64,000 nucleotides of DNA, taken from positions 148,862,001-148,926,000 of the forward strand of contig NC_043000.1 of the NCBI RefSeq assembly GCF_006345805.1. The letters are read 5' to 3'. This DNA is from Octopus sinensis (Eukaryota). This document shows, piece after piece, positions 40,461 through 53,570 of this stretch. The first letter of the stretch is position 1. Each line of letters opens with the position of its first letter. The notes beneath the pieces are model-generated. The model saw only the letters and a list, made by a program, of their open reading frames with translations, searched no databases and had not been told where the DNA came from. The translations under genes and the position numbers were made by a program.

Positions 40461-41324
40461 CCATATTTTGTGCTAGTATTCTTTATTTTTAAGCTCAGTT
40501 TCTATTGATGTATTATCAGAACCTCTTTATAGATTTTCCCCAAACTACAAGGCAAGATTTTTTTTTTATAACATAATATTCTCACTGAAGAGGCATTTGC
40601 TAAGTCACATCTGTACTCAATTTTTGACATAACTGAAACACAGCAATATCAACAGGTAGTTATTTTAAAGAGAGATCCTAGAAAACAATGGAATTCTTTA
40701 TGTAAGTTGAAACTCTTTTGTATCATATTTAGTATTAATGTATCAGCATTAGCTTGTTAGATGTCTACACTTTTTTGACCCATGTTATTTCAGGTATGGA
40801 ACTTCTACAGTTTGACTACAGCCACCAACTGACACTTACACTGAGTGAGTTTAAAAAATTTGAACACTTGCATAATCTTAGAATAAAGTGGATGCCTTTC
40901 TTATAACCAACCACAATGATGTGAAGAAAGCATGGCACCAATTTTCAGACTGATACCATTAGAGATAGTCAACAACATTTGAGGAGTTAATTCAGAAAAA
41001 GCAAAATGATCTATACTAATTGACAAAGGCATTTATCAAAAGAAAGTTTTCCTTCTTAGCACAAATATCTCACATGGATTAACAAATTTTTTTTCTACAA
41101 GGATTACCATTTAGGTCCCTTTGCCAATACAACACAATATTTGTAATGAGGATTTAGACTTACATTCATGTAATCAGAGCTGGCCTTAAGAACCCTGACA
41201 CCCTACATAAACTGAATTTTGCTACCCCTTAAAAGTATGTTTTAAAAATGTTGTGCCAAGTAGGAACAAAGTGTTTATTAAATAAACAAGTTAAAGAGAA
41301 CAGTTCAAACATAACATTTTGAGT

Positions 41325-41720
41325 TACTCTTTTACTTGTTTCAGTCATTTGACTGCGGCCATGCTGGAGCACCGCCTTTAGTCGAGCAACTCGACCCCGG
41401 GACTTATTCTTTGTAAAGCCAGTACTTATTCTATCGGTCTCTTTTACCGAACCGCTAAGTGACGGTGACGTAAACACACCAGCATCGGTTGTCAAGCAAT
41501 GCTAGAGGGACAAACACAGACACACACATACATACACATACATATATACATATATACGACAGGCTTCTTTCAGTTTCCGTCTACCAAATCCACTCACAAG
41601 GGTTTGGTCGGCCCGGGGCTATAGCAGAAGACACTTGCCCAAGATGCCACGCAGTGGGACTGAACCCGGAACCATGTGGTTGGTTAGCAAGCTACTTACC
41701 ACACAGCCACTCCTGCGCCT
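41325..41720 (-). mobile_element. Family B SINE, full length
   Basis: Complete head (A box TGGCTGTGTGG, B box GGTTCAGTCC) and tail. Confidence 0.9.
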
Positions 41721-41918
41721 AGTTCTTCATTAACTATGAGAGAGAGTAAGTACATTTTAGATACAAGACATTTCTTGCCTCAAGGCTTAAATATTTATAT
41801 AGTTAGTTTCCATGATATACATAATATAAGAGGTTTATTATAAAATCTGACAACTAGAAATCTAAAATGCTTATATTTCTTTTCATGACTCATAATTTAA
41901 GATTTAACAACAATTTTA

Positions 41919-42113
<195 letters not shown>

Positions 42114-42344
42114 TCATTACAATGTAGGCAGAAAAATGTGAGGAAGAGGGAGGAGTTTATAAGGGTACTTCTCTCACAATTTCATTTGATTTTTCAGAAA
42201 TCAAAATCAGAGATTTTTAAATTTATGTTTGGGTTTTAGAATTCTATAACCAACCATATAGTTAACCCTTCTGTTACCATATTTCTCTTGAAATACACTA
42301 CCTTGTTTAAATCAATTTTAAAAATGCAGAACTTAGTAAAATAA

Positions 42345-43560
42345 CCTAAGTTGATGTTTGGAACATCACCATTGTTTAATGTTCATTTTCCATGCTGGCA
42401 TGAGTTGGACAGTTTGGCATGGAGCTGGTCAGTCAGGAGCTGTCCAGGCTCCAACTGTCTGTTTTGGTATGGTTTCTATGGCTGGAGGCTCTTCCTAACA
42501 CCAACCACTTTACAGTGTGCCAGGTGCTTTTTATGAGGCACCAGCAAGGATGCATTTTACATGGTACTAACACTTGCAACTCAAAGACCTCTCAGTTGGG
42601 AGAGGGAGTAGGTGCATGCTTGTATGCATGGATTGCCACTATATTCCTTAGCTTAATGTATCTTTTCATGTACAACAAATTGCCACAAGTTTCAGTCCCT
42701 TGTCATCTCCTCAGTGAGACCCAGCATCTGAAGTTGCTTTCTCATCACTCTGTCTTAGGTCTTCCCTCCACAATTAGAAATCAGTACTTCTTTAAGCAGC
42801 TGTCCTCATCCATACACAAAACATAACCATACCATCATAGTGTTCTTTCTTGCACACATCTGATGCCTCTGATACCCAGTTTTCCTATTAAATCATTTAC
42901 ACTGTTGTGTGTGCACACTTACATTACCCATCCGGCAGAGCTTGCTGGCTTAATTTTTTCAAGTCTTCTGTAGTTATAGCCCATGTTTCACTGCCATGTT
43001 ATCATCATCATCATTGTTCGACCGTGGTCGAGACAATGGAATTTACCATGCTGCGCCAGACTTCACGGTCCATCATGGCATTACGGAGGTCCTGTTGCTG
43101 GATGCCTGTATCCCTGGAGATTACATCAGGGTAGGAGAGTGCGCGCCCTCTGGTATTGCGAGTAGATGGCTTCCAGAGGAGAAGAGTAGAAATTACCTCT
43201 TTTTCAGCTCTACAACAATGTCCAGCAAACTGGACTTTCTTACCTTTCACGAGAGATGACACAGGTGGTAGTTTCCCATATATTTGCATGTAGCATACAC
43301 AAACATCATACAATCTGCCTTTCACTCTGAGGGAGAGGCCCTTAGTTACCAACAAAGATAGTAGCTCTGATCTTTGCCTAGCCCATCTCTTATTCTAGCA
43401 ACTATGCTTTCAGAACTTACTCTACTGCTAACTTGGTCACCTAGGTAACAGAAGCTATCTACTACTTCTAAGGATTCCCCCAAGCATTTGAGGAAGTCTA
43501 TTTTCTGTACATTTTTAGTGCTTATTGTACCTGCACATTTGCCACACACAAAGGCGATAA
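42345..43560 (-). mobile_element. Old RTE LINE 3' part interrupted by a second LINE fragment
   Basis: LEVVDSFCYLGD...LVTKGLSLRVKGRLYD..MLH | GSETW...; the family A-type UTR follows. Confidence 0.75.
43001..43286 (-). mobile_element. RTE/RTEX-like LINE 3' end nested in the older RTE
   Basis: KVQFAGHCCRAEKEVISTLLLWKP...YPDVISRDTG...DREVWR, then stop and (GAT)n tail. Confidence 0.75.
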
Positions 43561-44004
43561 ATTACAAATGACTGATGGAAGGTTTTAATTTAAACAGGAT
43601 GTTTGTATGATAGAATCAGAGGCAATCTTGGACAAGTTGGTATCAAAAGGGTTGTATGTTGTATTGATTGTATAATACAACCTGAGAATGTATAGATTTA
43701 TTACACGATACCAGATGTTCAAAAGATCAATCATGTGATATAAGGAAGAGATTTCAATCCAGAAGTACATTCTAGAAACTGTGAGAAATTTATAAGAAAA
43801 AGCAATCAAAATTTATTATTGTATTTATAAAATATAAATGTACAAGTCTAAAATCTGTTTTTCTGGGAAAATAAATGCACAGATATTAAAAGATAAGAGT
43901 AGTTATTACAAAGATATCTTTAAAAAATTAATGATTTTAAAAAACAAAACTGGGATGAGATTGGAAATCTGAATGACCTTTTTTAAACATAGAAACAGGT
44001 AGCA

Positions 44005-44480
44005 TATCATCATCATCTTTTAACGTCCGCTTTCCATGCTGGCATGGGTTGGACGGTTCAACTGGGGTCTGGGAAGCCCGAAGGCTGCACCAGGCCAGTC
44101 ACATCTGGCAGTGTTTCTACAGCTGGATGCCCTTCCTAACGCCAACCCCCTCCGTGAGTGTAGTGGGTGCTTTTTATGTGCCACCGACACAGGTGCCAGA
44201 CGAGGCTGGCAAACGGCCACGATCGGATGGTGTTTTTTATGTGCCACCGACACAGGTGCCAGACGAGGCTGGCGAACGGCCACGCTCAGATGGTGTTTGT
44301 TACGTGCCACCAGTACGGAGGCCAGGCGAGGCTGGCACGGCCACGATCGGATGGTGTTTGTTACGTGCCCACAGCACGAAGGCCAGTCGATGCGGTACTG
44401 GCTACGGCCACGTTCGGATGGTTTTCTTATGTGCCACCGGCACTGGTACCACAAAAATACAAATTCCATTGATGTTCATA
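44005..44480 (-). mobile_element. Family A RTE 3' UTR copy with about five tandem units
   Basis: Same sub-type as 54985-55385 (shared ggtaccacaaaa.tacaaattccattgatgtt end). Confidence 0.88.
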
Positions 44481-45019
44481 CAGGTGTGAAAATCAGAAAA
44501 TTGAGAAATTTATGTTTCTTAAAATAGTTTAAAGGGTAAAAGTGCTAAGAAAGTCTTAATATTCAAGTAACAAACCTTATTTGACAAGAGGTTTGACCCG
44601 AGATCATATGCTGAAATGATGATGGGTGCATTATTATAGTTTTATTGTATATTTATGACCTGGTCACCAAGACTCAGAATGAAGCATTAGTAACTGTCCT
44701 AGAATTCATCGTACTTTTTTAAGTGTAGCTCCAATTAACATATTCTGTTGTCTGACATTGGAGGCTTATCCCCATTAGCCAGATCCGAAAGGCTCCGTTT
44801 CCCACAATGAAGAAGCTAGTAATAGGCGGAGTTTGAACCAAGAATGCAGAGAGGACAGATACTGCAAGTTATTACATTCACTGCTGTAACAATTCTGCCA
44901 ATTCACTGTCCTGAACTGGCATTTTATTGAACCCCAATTCCCCAAAAAAGGCAAAGTTAACCTTAGAGAACAGAGAGCTAGAACGAATACCTCAACGCAT
45001 TTTATCTGACACTCTAATG

Positions 45020-45220
45020 CAGTGCTTTTCAAACCTTTTGCTGGAGCGGAACCCCAAGGAAACATTCCACTGGCTCGAGGAACCCCTGTGCAATAATTTA
45101 ATAGTCCTATGCACACATTTCTGCACAGGAGACTTAAAAATTACTGCCGATTTTTGCAGTTTTGTAACTTCTTGCAGAACCCCTGGACTGTACTGGCGGA
45201 ACCCTGGTTGAAAACCACTG
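45020..45220. mobile_element. hAT (Charlie-like) MITE, second copy in opposite orientation to 6181
   Basis: Perfect 8-bp TSD ctctaatg (45012-45019 / 45221-45228); TIRs CAGTGCTTTTCAAACC / GGTTGAAAACCACTG. Confidence 0.92.
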
Positions 45221-45596
45221 CTCTAATGACTACCAATTTGCTACCTTTTTAGTGCTTTATAATACAGAGGGAAATACAACAATCTGCCAGTAAAACGGAT
45301 AAACTTACTACTATAAAGCCACAGACCAACTAATCCTCAACTAATATGCCACACAAAGAAATTTTTACATTTTTTTATGAGAATTTTAATATTTTGACAT
45401 TTGTTTTTTAAAGCCAACTATTCCTGAATTAAAAAATATTTTTAAATGGAATATTTTCAGAAATAAATTTGATTGAAATTTAAGCCAGCATAAACTTAAT
45501 TAAATATTAAAAAATGAAATCCAAACACATATTCTAGCAGTAATAAACATTATTTACAGAATGTTCTCTCAAATAAATTCGAGTTTTAAGCAGTCT

Positions 45597-45930
45597 TCAT
45601 CATCATCATCATTTAGCGTCCGCTTTCCATGCTAGCATGGGTTGGACGGTTCAACTGGGGTCTGGGAAGCCAGAAGGCTGCACCAGGCCCAGTCTGATCT
45701 GGCAGTGTTTCTACGGCTGGATGCCCTTCCTAACGCCAACCACTCCGTGAGTGTAGTGGGTGCATTTTACGTGCCACCTGCACAGGTGCTAGACGGGGCT
45801 GGCAAACGGCCACAGACGGATGGTGCTTTTTACGTGCCACCAGCACGGGGGGCCAGGCAAGGCTGGCAACGACCACGATCGGATGGTGCTTTTTACGTGC
45901 CACCGGAACAGAGGCCAGTCGGGGCGGTAT
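45597..45930 (-). mobile_element. Family A RTE 3' UTR copy
   Basis: catcatcatcatttagcgtccgctttccatgctagc. Confidence 0.88.
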
Positions 45931-46261
45931 TAAAATAGTTCAAATGTTACAAGCATACTGTTTCCTCTAATTTTTCTTTTCAACAGGCCATAATGTCCTT
46001 TGCAGAAAGGACTAAGAAGTATTCAACTAAACGTTTTATGAAGCCATTCATACAAACCTTCCTTATCAAAATCAATCATTTTAAAATCCCAAAACTAACA
46101 GATCAATTTATTGTATACAAGACTATTGCTCAAAATTAGTACAAACACATAAGCTATGTTCATTGATGGAAAATTAATCCCAGTGTTCATATTTTATTAT
46201 AAACATGAGTTGATTAAATGAAGCAAATACCTTCATAAGGAAGAATATAAGAATATAAGAT

Positions 46262-46613
46262 AAAAGCACCATCCGATCGTGTCCGTTGCCAGCCTCGCCT
46301 GGCCCCCGTGCCGGTGGCACATAGCACCATCCTTTCGTGGCCATTGCCAGCCTCGCCTGGCCCCCGTGCCGGTGGCACGTAAAAGTACCATCCGTTCGTG
46401 GCCGTTTGCCAGCTCCATCTGGCACCTGTGCGGGTGGCATGTAAAAAGCACCCACTACACTCACAGAGTGGTTGGCGTTAGGAAGGGCATCCAGCCATAG
46501 AAACACTGCCAGATCAGACTGGGCCTGATGCAGCCTTCTGGCTTCACAGACCCCAGTTGAACCGTCCAACCCATGCTAGCAGGGAAAGCGGACGCTAAAT
46601 GATGATGATGATG
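46262..46613 (+). mobile_element. Family A RTE 3' UTR copy, inverted relative to 45597
   Basis: Ends gcggacgctaaatgatgatgatgatg. Confidence 0.88.
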
Positions 46614-47014
46614 AATTTTTGGGGATTAGCAGAATTCTAAGAGTGTCAGACAAAATGCTTTATGGTATTTGTCCCAGCACTTTCAAATACTAGAGTCAAT
46701 ACAATCAACTGTTCTTTTCCCCAAAATTTGAAGTCTTGTATTAAAAATCAGTACTTGGGGGGGAAAAAATTACTGGGAGGAAATTAGAGTGTTAGCATCA
46801 ATTTATTATGAAATACTTTATCAGAGTTCTAGATTCCTGGTGCAAGTTCAATTAATGATATTTACTTCAAAAACACATTTCAAATATTAGAATATTACAA
46901 TATTTAATTATATTTAACTAATATTACTCTTAGTAACTATCAATACCAGTTAGGAAAAGAAAAATTCTAACCTTCATAAGATAACTAGCCCAAACCAAAC
47001 CAACAATATACTTT

Positions 47015-47417
47015 ACTCTCTTTACTCTTTTACTTGTTTCAGTCATTTGACTGCGGCCATGCTGGAGCACCGCCTTTAGTCGAGCAAATCGACCCCGGGG
47101 CTTATTCTTTGTAAGCCCAGTACTTATTCTATCGGTCTCTTTTGCCGAACCGCTAAGTGACGGGGACGTAAACACACCAGCATCGGTTGTCAAGCAATGC
47201 TAGGGGGACAAACATACACACAAATACATATATATATATATATACATATATACGACAGGCTTCTTTCAGTTTCCGTCTACCAAATCCACTCACAAGGCAT
47301 TGGTCGGCCCGGGGCTATAGCAGAAGACACTTGCCCAAGATGCCACGGAATGGGACTGAACCCGGAACCATGTGGTTGGTTAGCAAGCTACTTACCACAC
47401 AGCCACTCCTGCGCCTA
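47015..47417 (-). mobile_element. Family B SINE, full length
   Basis: Complete head, central (TA)n and (AAAGAGT)n-like tail. Confidence 0.9.
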
Positions 47418-47820
47418 TTTACTCCATCCATTTATCAAGTACCTCCTCCATAGCGTCCGATCAGAAGCAACATTCTCCAGCTGGATTCCCAAGCTTGATC
47501 AACTGAGATTATGGATATTATCCAATGGTCTCATTCTTTGTCGACCCCTAAGTCTGCTACCAGTTGGCTTGGCTTGAAGAAGCTATTTTGTGATCCTTCC
47601 CTGCAGCATTCTAATCATGCCGGTAGCATTGGAGCTGTGACCTCTCAATGCAGAGAAGTAGCAGCTCAACCAAGAGAAACTCACTAACTGCTGAGCTATG
47701 CACCCTGTTGAGTAATGTTACTCCAGAGATCCTTTGGAAGAACCCCATTTCAGCTGCTTGTATTCACAGTTGCACTCTTTCAGTTATTACTCAACATTCA
47801 TGACCATATAATATAGTTCC

Positions 47821-48220
47821 TCGACAACTGCGTGCGTTCACCGATTATCGGTAAGCCGGGCGACGTGTCCAGCCCATCTATACTTGCTGCGAGTATACTC
47901 TGCGATGACATCTCTCACGCCGGACTTCTTTCTGATGATGTTGCTATTTATGTGCTCTCTCAACGAGATACCAAGCATTGACCTTTCCATGGCTCTTTGA
48001 GCCGTTATCAGTCTTTGCTCTTCTCTCTTTGTCGAGTGGTACCTGCGTGAGCGGAAAAGACCACTCGAAGACCTCCACGACGGTGAAGTGACGATTTCAA
48101 GAGGACAATTGGGATCACGTGGATGAGAAAGGCGCGATCCAGAGAGGAGTGGACATCATGCTGTGACCAGCAGTGTCAAATGGATGCCTGACGGACTGGT
48201 CGGTCAAAGTGATCAAAGTG
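47821..48220 (+). mobile_element. RTE-1-like LINE 3' end with inverted 5' half (twin-priming structure)
   Basis: 13-bp TSD ataatatagttcc; 47821-48030 codes on - (AQRAMERSMLGISLREH...YRWAGHVARL) and 48031-48220 continues the same protein on + (VEWYLRERKRP...). Confidence 0.9.
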
Positions 48221-49177
48221 ATAATATAGTTCCTATCCACTGAAAATAAGTAAACCTGCAATAACTTAGATAATACTTTCCATCACAGATGTATGTCAAC
48301 ATCCAACCAAATTGTAACTATATTCAGCTTATTTAACCTTTACATTCTATAAAATTTTAATATCCCAGTAAATAGGTGTAGAATGTAATGCATAATGCAA
48401 ACCTTTTTTGCAGATATTTAAATTATGACTGGCAGCAAAAGTTCCTCATTCATAGAGACTACTTCAACAAAGTCTATTTCATTAAGAAACAGTCTAGATT
48501 TATCGATACCAATGTTTCTAAACATGAATTTCCCACCAGTTGACAATTTTTCTTTCCTTAATTAAAACATGGATATATGTCAGCCATAGATTTCAAACCA
48601 CTGAACCATTCACCACATTCAGTTCAACACTATCACAAAAACTTCTCATCCTGAACGCATTATCTTCAACTAAATAGACTGGTACATAACATATAAATAT
48701 AGCACAACACTTGAAGTGAAATTAAGCTCATGAAAAACAAGAAACTTTATTCAAATGGTTGGGTGATTATTATGAAAGCATTTACAAATGAAATCCATAT
48801 ATAACATCTCCAACAAGATTTTACAGAAACTATTTAACCTGAACTGAATGAGTATAAATTGTTTGAATTATGGTTTTAATGAATGTTTAATGTGATGTGC
48901 AAGCCAGTCATTGAAATGTTCATATTAGTTACTACATTCAACCATATGAAAAACGATATAACTCAAATGTTTTATTTCAGGAAAAGCATGTTAAAACAAA
49001 ATTGTCTAGAAAATGTCTTCTATAATAAGCCTCAGGTCAACTAAAAGCTAAAACCACGAGAGAAATTTGATATAAAGGTGTGGAAGGCATGTTTTCAGAT
49101 AGTTGACCCAACATAGCATCTGGTTTCACACCACCCAACTACCTTGTGGTGTGTTTAGAGAAATCCACTGCTTAAAA

Positions 49178-49404
49178 CAGAGGTTCTCAACCATTTTTTG
49201 CCTATGGACCCCTTCGATTCCTATTTTAATCTGCTGGACCTCCATAGCCTTTCAATGTATATAAAAAAAAATTGGGTTTTTTTTTTCTTCTTTTTTATAA
49301 TTAAGTATTATTAGGAACTGCATAAAAAATGTGTTGAAGTATAAGAAATTTATTGCACATAAATTTTAACAAATTCTTATATAGACCCCGGTTGAGAATC
49401 CCTG
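49178..49404. mobile_element. hAT (Charlie-like) MITE, different family
   Basis: TIRs CAGAGGTTCTCAACC / GGTTGAGAATCCCTG; degenerate TSD gcttaaaa/gtttaaag. Confidence 0.75.
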
Positions 49405-51985
49405 GTTTAAAGAATTCAGGCAAGGTCCCTGATTTGCAGGTAACTTCTTCCTTTCTGTCTCAGAGTCCTGAAAAGAGTCACAAGAACTGTCCTTCTTTGA
49501 CTACACCATAACAAATTTTAAACAAAAAGTATAAATTTTTTTATTGATTTAATGAAATAGTGCTACCATTTATTTATTTACAAATAATATATAAAAAGGT
49601 ACAAGATGTAATATCATTTAAATAAGTGTTTTTTTGTTGTTTTTTTCCTTTTCATTCAAATACTTCATGAAGAGGTTTTATTTGATAAAAAAATGTAGCA
49701 TGCTTTCCTATATCACCAGTGATAATCTCTAGAGTGAAAATTTGCATAGAATAATCCATCCATGAACAGACAAATAGCTTACATATTCATAAAGAATAAC
49801 CAGTGAAATAGTGAAATTCAAGAGAGCATACTAAGATGAGCAACAATCATCAAGTGAAAAGCTTTACATAAGGAAGTTCCAAAGAGACAAACATATGGAG
49901 CAAGAATCGGTAGTAATTGCTTCTAACAGGTAGAATGTATAAATTTCGTTAATAACCTTAGTAGAAATCTGGTTGTCATGATCACTGGACGATTATTAAC
50001 TATATTATAAAATCTTTTTCAACTGCTTAAGATTAAATTATATTACAGAATTATCTAAATTAATTGAATGTGAAAATTATAATTTAATAAATATCTAAGA
50101 AACGAGACGACAGAACAAGAAGTAGTTTTAGTTTTATAATAATCAAATTGAGATCATTATATTTGCTATAAAAAATATTAAAAAATAGTACAACCGATTA
50201 GTATTAACAGCAATCTATGTAAATACACACATACACACACATCTTGCAGAAATTGGATCTGTAATTATTCCTGAAATCAACACAATTTCGGACTACCATT
50301 CTATATTCAGCAACTGAATTTATTAAATTTCTCATTCACAACAAGCTAGTTAATAAGTGTCGGACAATATTACGCAGATGATGTGCAAAATTGAGGAAAT
50401 TAAAGAAGGAAAAGAAAAATGTGAAAAATACCCTTTTCAGACTTTAAAAAAATCAATATATTAGTTATGAGTTATAGGAAGTAATAATAATCATCATGCC
50501 TGCAAGGGTTTCAGAAACATAGAATTAAAGTCTTTATATGAATCGTTCGAAATTATTCTAAAATGTCGGTTTTGTAGTATTTAACTATTTTTAATTTAAA
50601 GAATCTTCAATAACATCCGTCTTGGGGTTTACATTAAATAGCCACATAAATGCATCCAACAGTTGTTGGAAATGAAAGTAAGATGTAAACAACCAATATG
50701 TCAGGAAAATGGCAACTGGAGAGAACTATGTCACTGAGATTAGTCTAAAGAGGAGTGATTATATATACAACAGCAACTACTGCCACTGGTAAAATCTGCA
50801 TTGTTAACGAAATATATTGGACATATGGTGTATTCTCTCGCTAGATTGTCGCAAATATATATATGACAACTTGAGATTGAATTAAATATTCGTTTATTTT
50901 CTCTGCAACGACGGATTCTGACCGAAACGTTAGGCTTTTTTATGGCACAATTTATTCCACAGAATTACTTGCTTTATACTCTTTGCCAACGCAGAATATC
51001 ACTAGTTTTCCTGAGGTTATTATACTCTTATGTATTTATAGCTTGCTATAACCTAGACTATAGTTCATCAATAAAATATATACACAGAGAAAAAGATGAG
51101 AAAAACAAGGCTTGCAAATGAATTCAATAAATCGAATCCATATTTTTTTCAGGCCAGCTGCGAACCTAACGTAATAAATAACTTCCACAGTAAACTATAT
51201 TATATATATATATATATATACACACACGCACTAATAGCTGAACAAGCTGTTGGTTGAACACGTACTAGTCATACATAGACATTTGCTCCACTCACCAACT
51301 CAAATCATATCATATATAGAATTGAACAACTGAAACGAAGACAAATGCGATTCAGAGGTTTCTTGCAGGAGGCGTGCACCAAGAAACGAAGTAGTAGTCG
51401 ATACGAATAAGGCTACCTTTTCATCTTATGAATTTTTAACACAATCGAAAAGGCCACCACCGACAATTGAACATATTAAAAAGGATGTTAACTAAATGAA
51501 TATGTATATACATACACACATATACACACACACACATGTATACATATATATATCTTGTGACTTTCTAAAAATAAATCGATAATGCATCAATATGGAGACA
51601 ATGTTTTAGTATATATATATATGTATATATATATACTGCCGAAGGTGTAACAAAGAGACATCGCTGACAATATTTTATTTTACCTCATTACACAAAGCAT
51701 TAATGAACAAAGCTTGAACCAAGTGAAATACACCCATAAACACGAAATAGGGCAACGAAATTCAGTAGTAGTTCGAGTAAAGAAACAGCGAATGATCAGT
51801 TACATTTATAGAACTATGATCTTAAATGGGTACAGTTTATATTCTACATAGGCAAAGAATATTTAATGACAGTAATTAGCAAACAGTCAATCATAGAAAC
51901 AATTTTATTCATTTACAATGGTTGCAACTGATATACAACAAAAAAAAAACAATATTTAAACCTAGACAACCATTATGGTTGTGTA

Positions 51986-52037
<52 letters not shown>

Positions 52038-53570
52038 TATATATATACATACATACATTGCAGGTCGTCACACCCAGAAAATATTTTTATGCAAGTCTTT
52101 TAAAGCAGGTCATTTGTTCATACATACTTGTTAAAATTAATCACACCCGATAAATATCTTTCAAAAAATCGTTCTAAAATAGCTGCAAGGCACTATCTTT
52201 ATTTAATGAGAATTCAGATATAATTATTTACATCCCAGAGAGCAAAAATTTTAGAGACTCAGCCAAAATAACAAAACGACATATTTATGAAATTTCAATA
52301 TATAAAGGACCCGAAAACGAGCAAAGAAAATCTCTTTATGGACCCCAATACGAAGTACAAGGACGCAGTTTTTAGTCATGTTTAACTGGTTGTTGGAGGG
52401 GACTGCTTAAAAACCCTAGTGTAAATATTGATTGCCTCTTAGACTAGGAATACACTTGGCAATACAGACACACAACTACATGGAGATGCATCGTATATAC
52501 ATTAGACAGATTTTATATTTCCACCAGTGATCTCGTTTTCTACATATCAAAATATACACCTATTAGGCTAAATAGGTCTACAGTGTGGTCATAAATATAC
52601 ACCTTAACTAACCCCTTTAAATAATTAACTAACAGATTGGATATAGAATTCAACAATTCCTACAAATACGTAAAATACACAATGTAAACACGTCTCGTGT
52701 TGGTGAGTTTTAATATGAACTATTGAATGAGTTTAAAGGAATATATATATATATATATAATCAACTAATAAGGGTGAGAAAATTGGATACTAATTTAATA
52801 GTACAGTCAATTTAACACCAAGTGGCTTAGTGGTCACTCTCTTATATTTATATATATATATAATATATATATATAATCTGTGTTGAAAAAACAATCAGTA
52901 AGAGGCAATTTAATATGATAAAAAGTTAATAAGCAAAAATATAATATACTCTAATCAAATCTGTATAGCAACAAAGGAAAATTATATGATTTTAGTTAAT
53001 TAAAGAAAATGAAAGGAATTAAGGTACTATGTTGATTGTTTTGTATTTTTTTTCTTTTTTCCCCCTGACTAGTCAAACCTAGTAGAATATTCCACTGTTA
53101 ATAGGAAGTTTCAATTGCATGGAAATAAAAATGATATTTATATTTAAAAAAAGCTACCTTTGTGCTATTCAAATAAAGCATTGAAAAATAATATAAGATA
53201 GTAAAAAAAAAAAGGAAAATAATTATCCAGATGTTTTCTGATTTCTAAAACGAAAACAAAGGAAGAAAAGGGTTGGAAATTATCAAAAGGTGGGATGTAT
53301 AAATCACAAGTAACAAACTACTAATTGGTGCGTTTTATTTTTCATCAATAAAAATATGGCCATTAGTATCTTTTAACCACGACTTGGCAATTGTCACGTT
53401 TTTATTATATAATAGCAGTTATTGGAATATATTTGGGGTTTTGGGGGTTTTTTTTTATCAGTAATTAAATCACAGAAGTATAAACAGAAGAAGAAAGCAA
53501 ACAAGTGTTAGGTAATATTTTCCAGAGATTTAAAAAGACATTAAAATGCATTAAAACGTCACCGAGAAAG

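Noticed and set aside
39879-40508. 209-aa and 155-aa ORFs (and similar ones at 44020-44527, 30421, 45642, 46174, 55131)
   Set aside because: They are translations of the GC-rich tandem units in the RTE 3' UTR; repetitive, present in several frames and strands, no protein motif.
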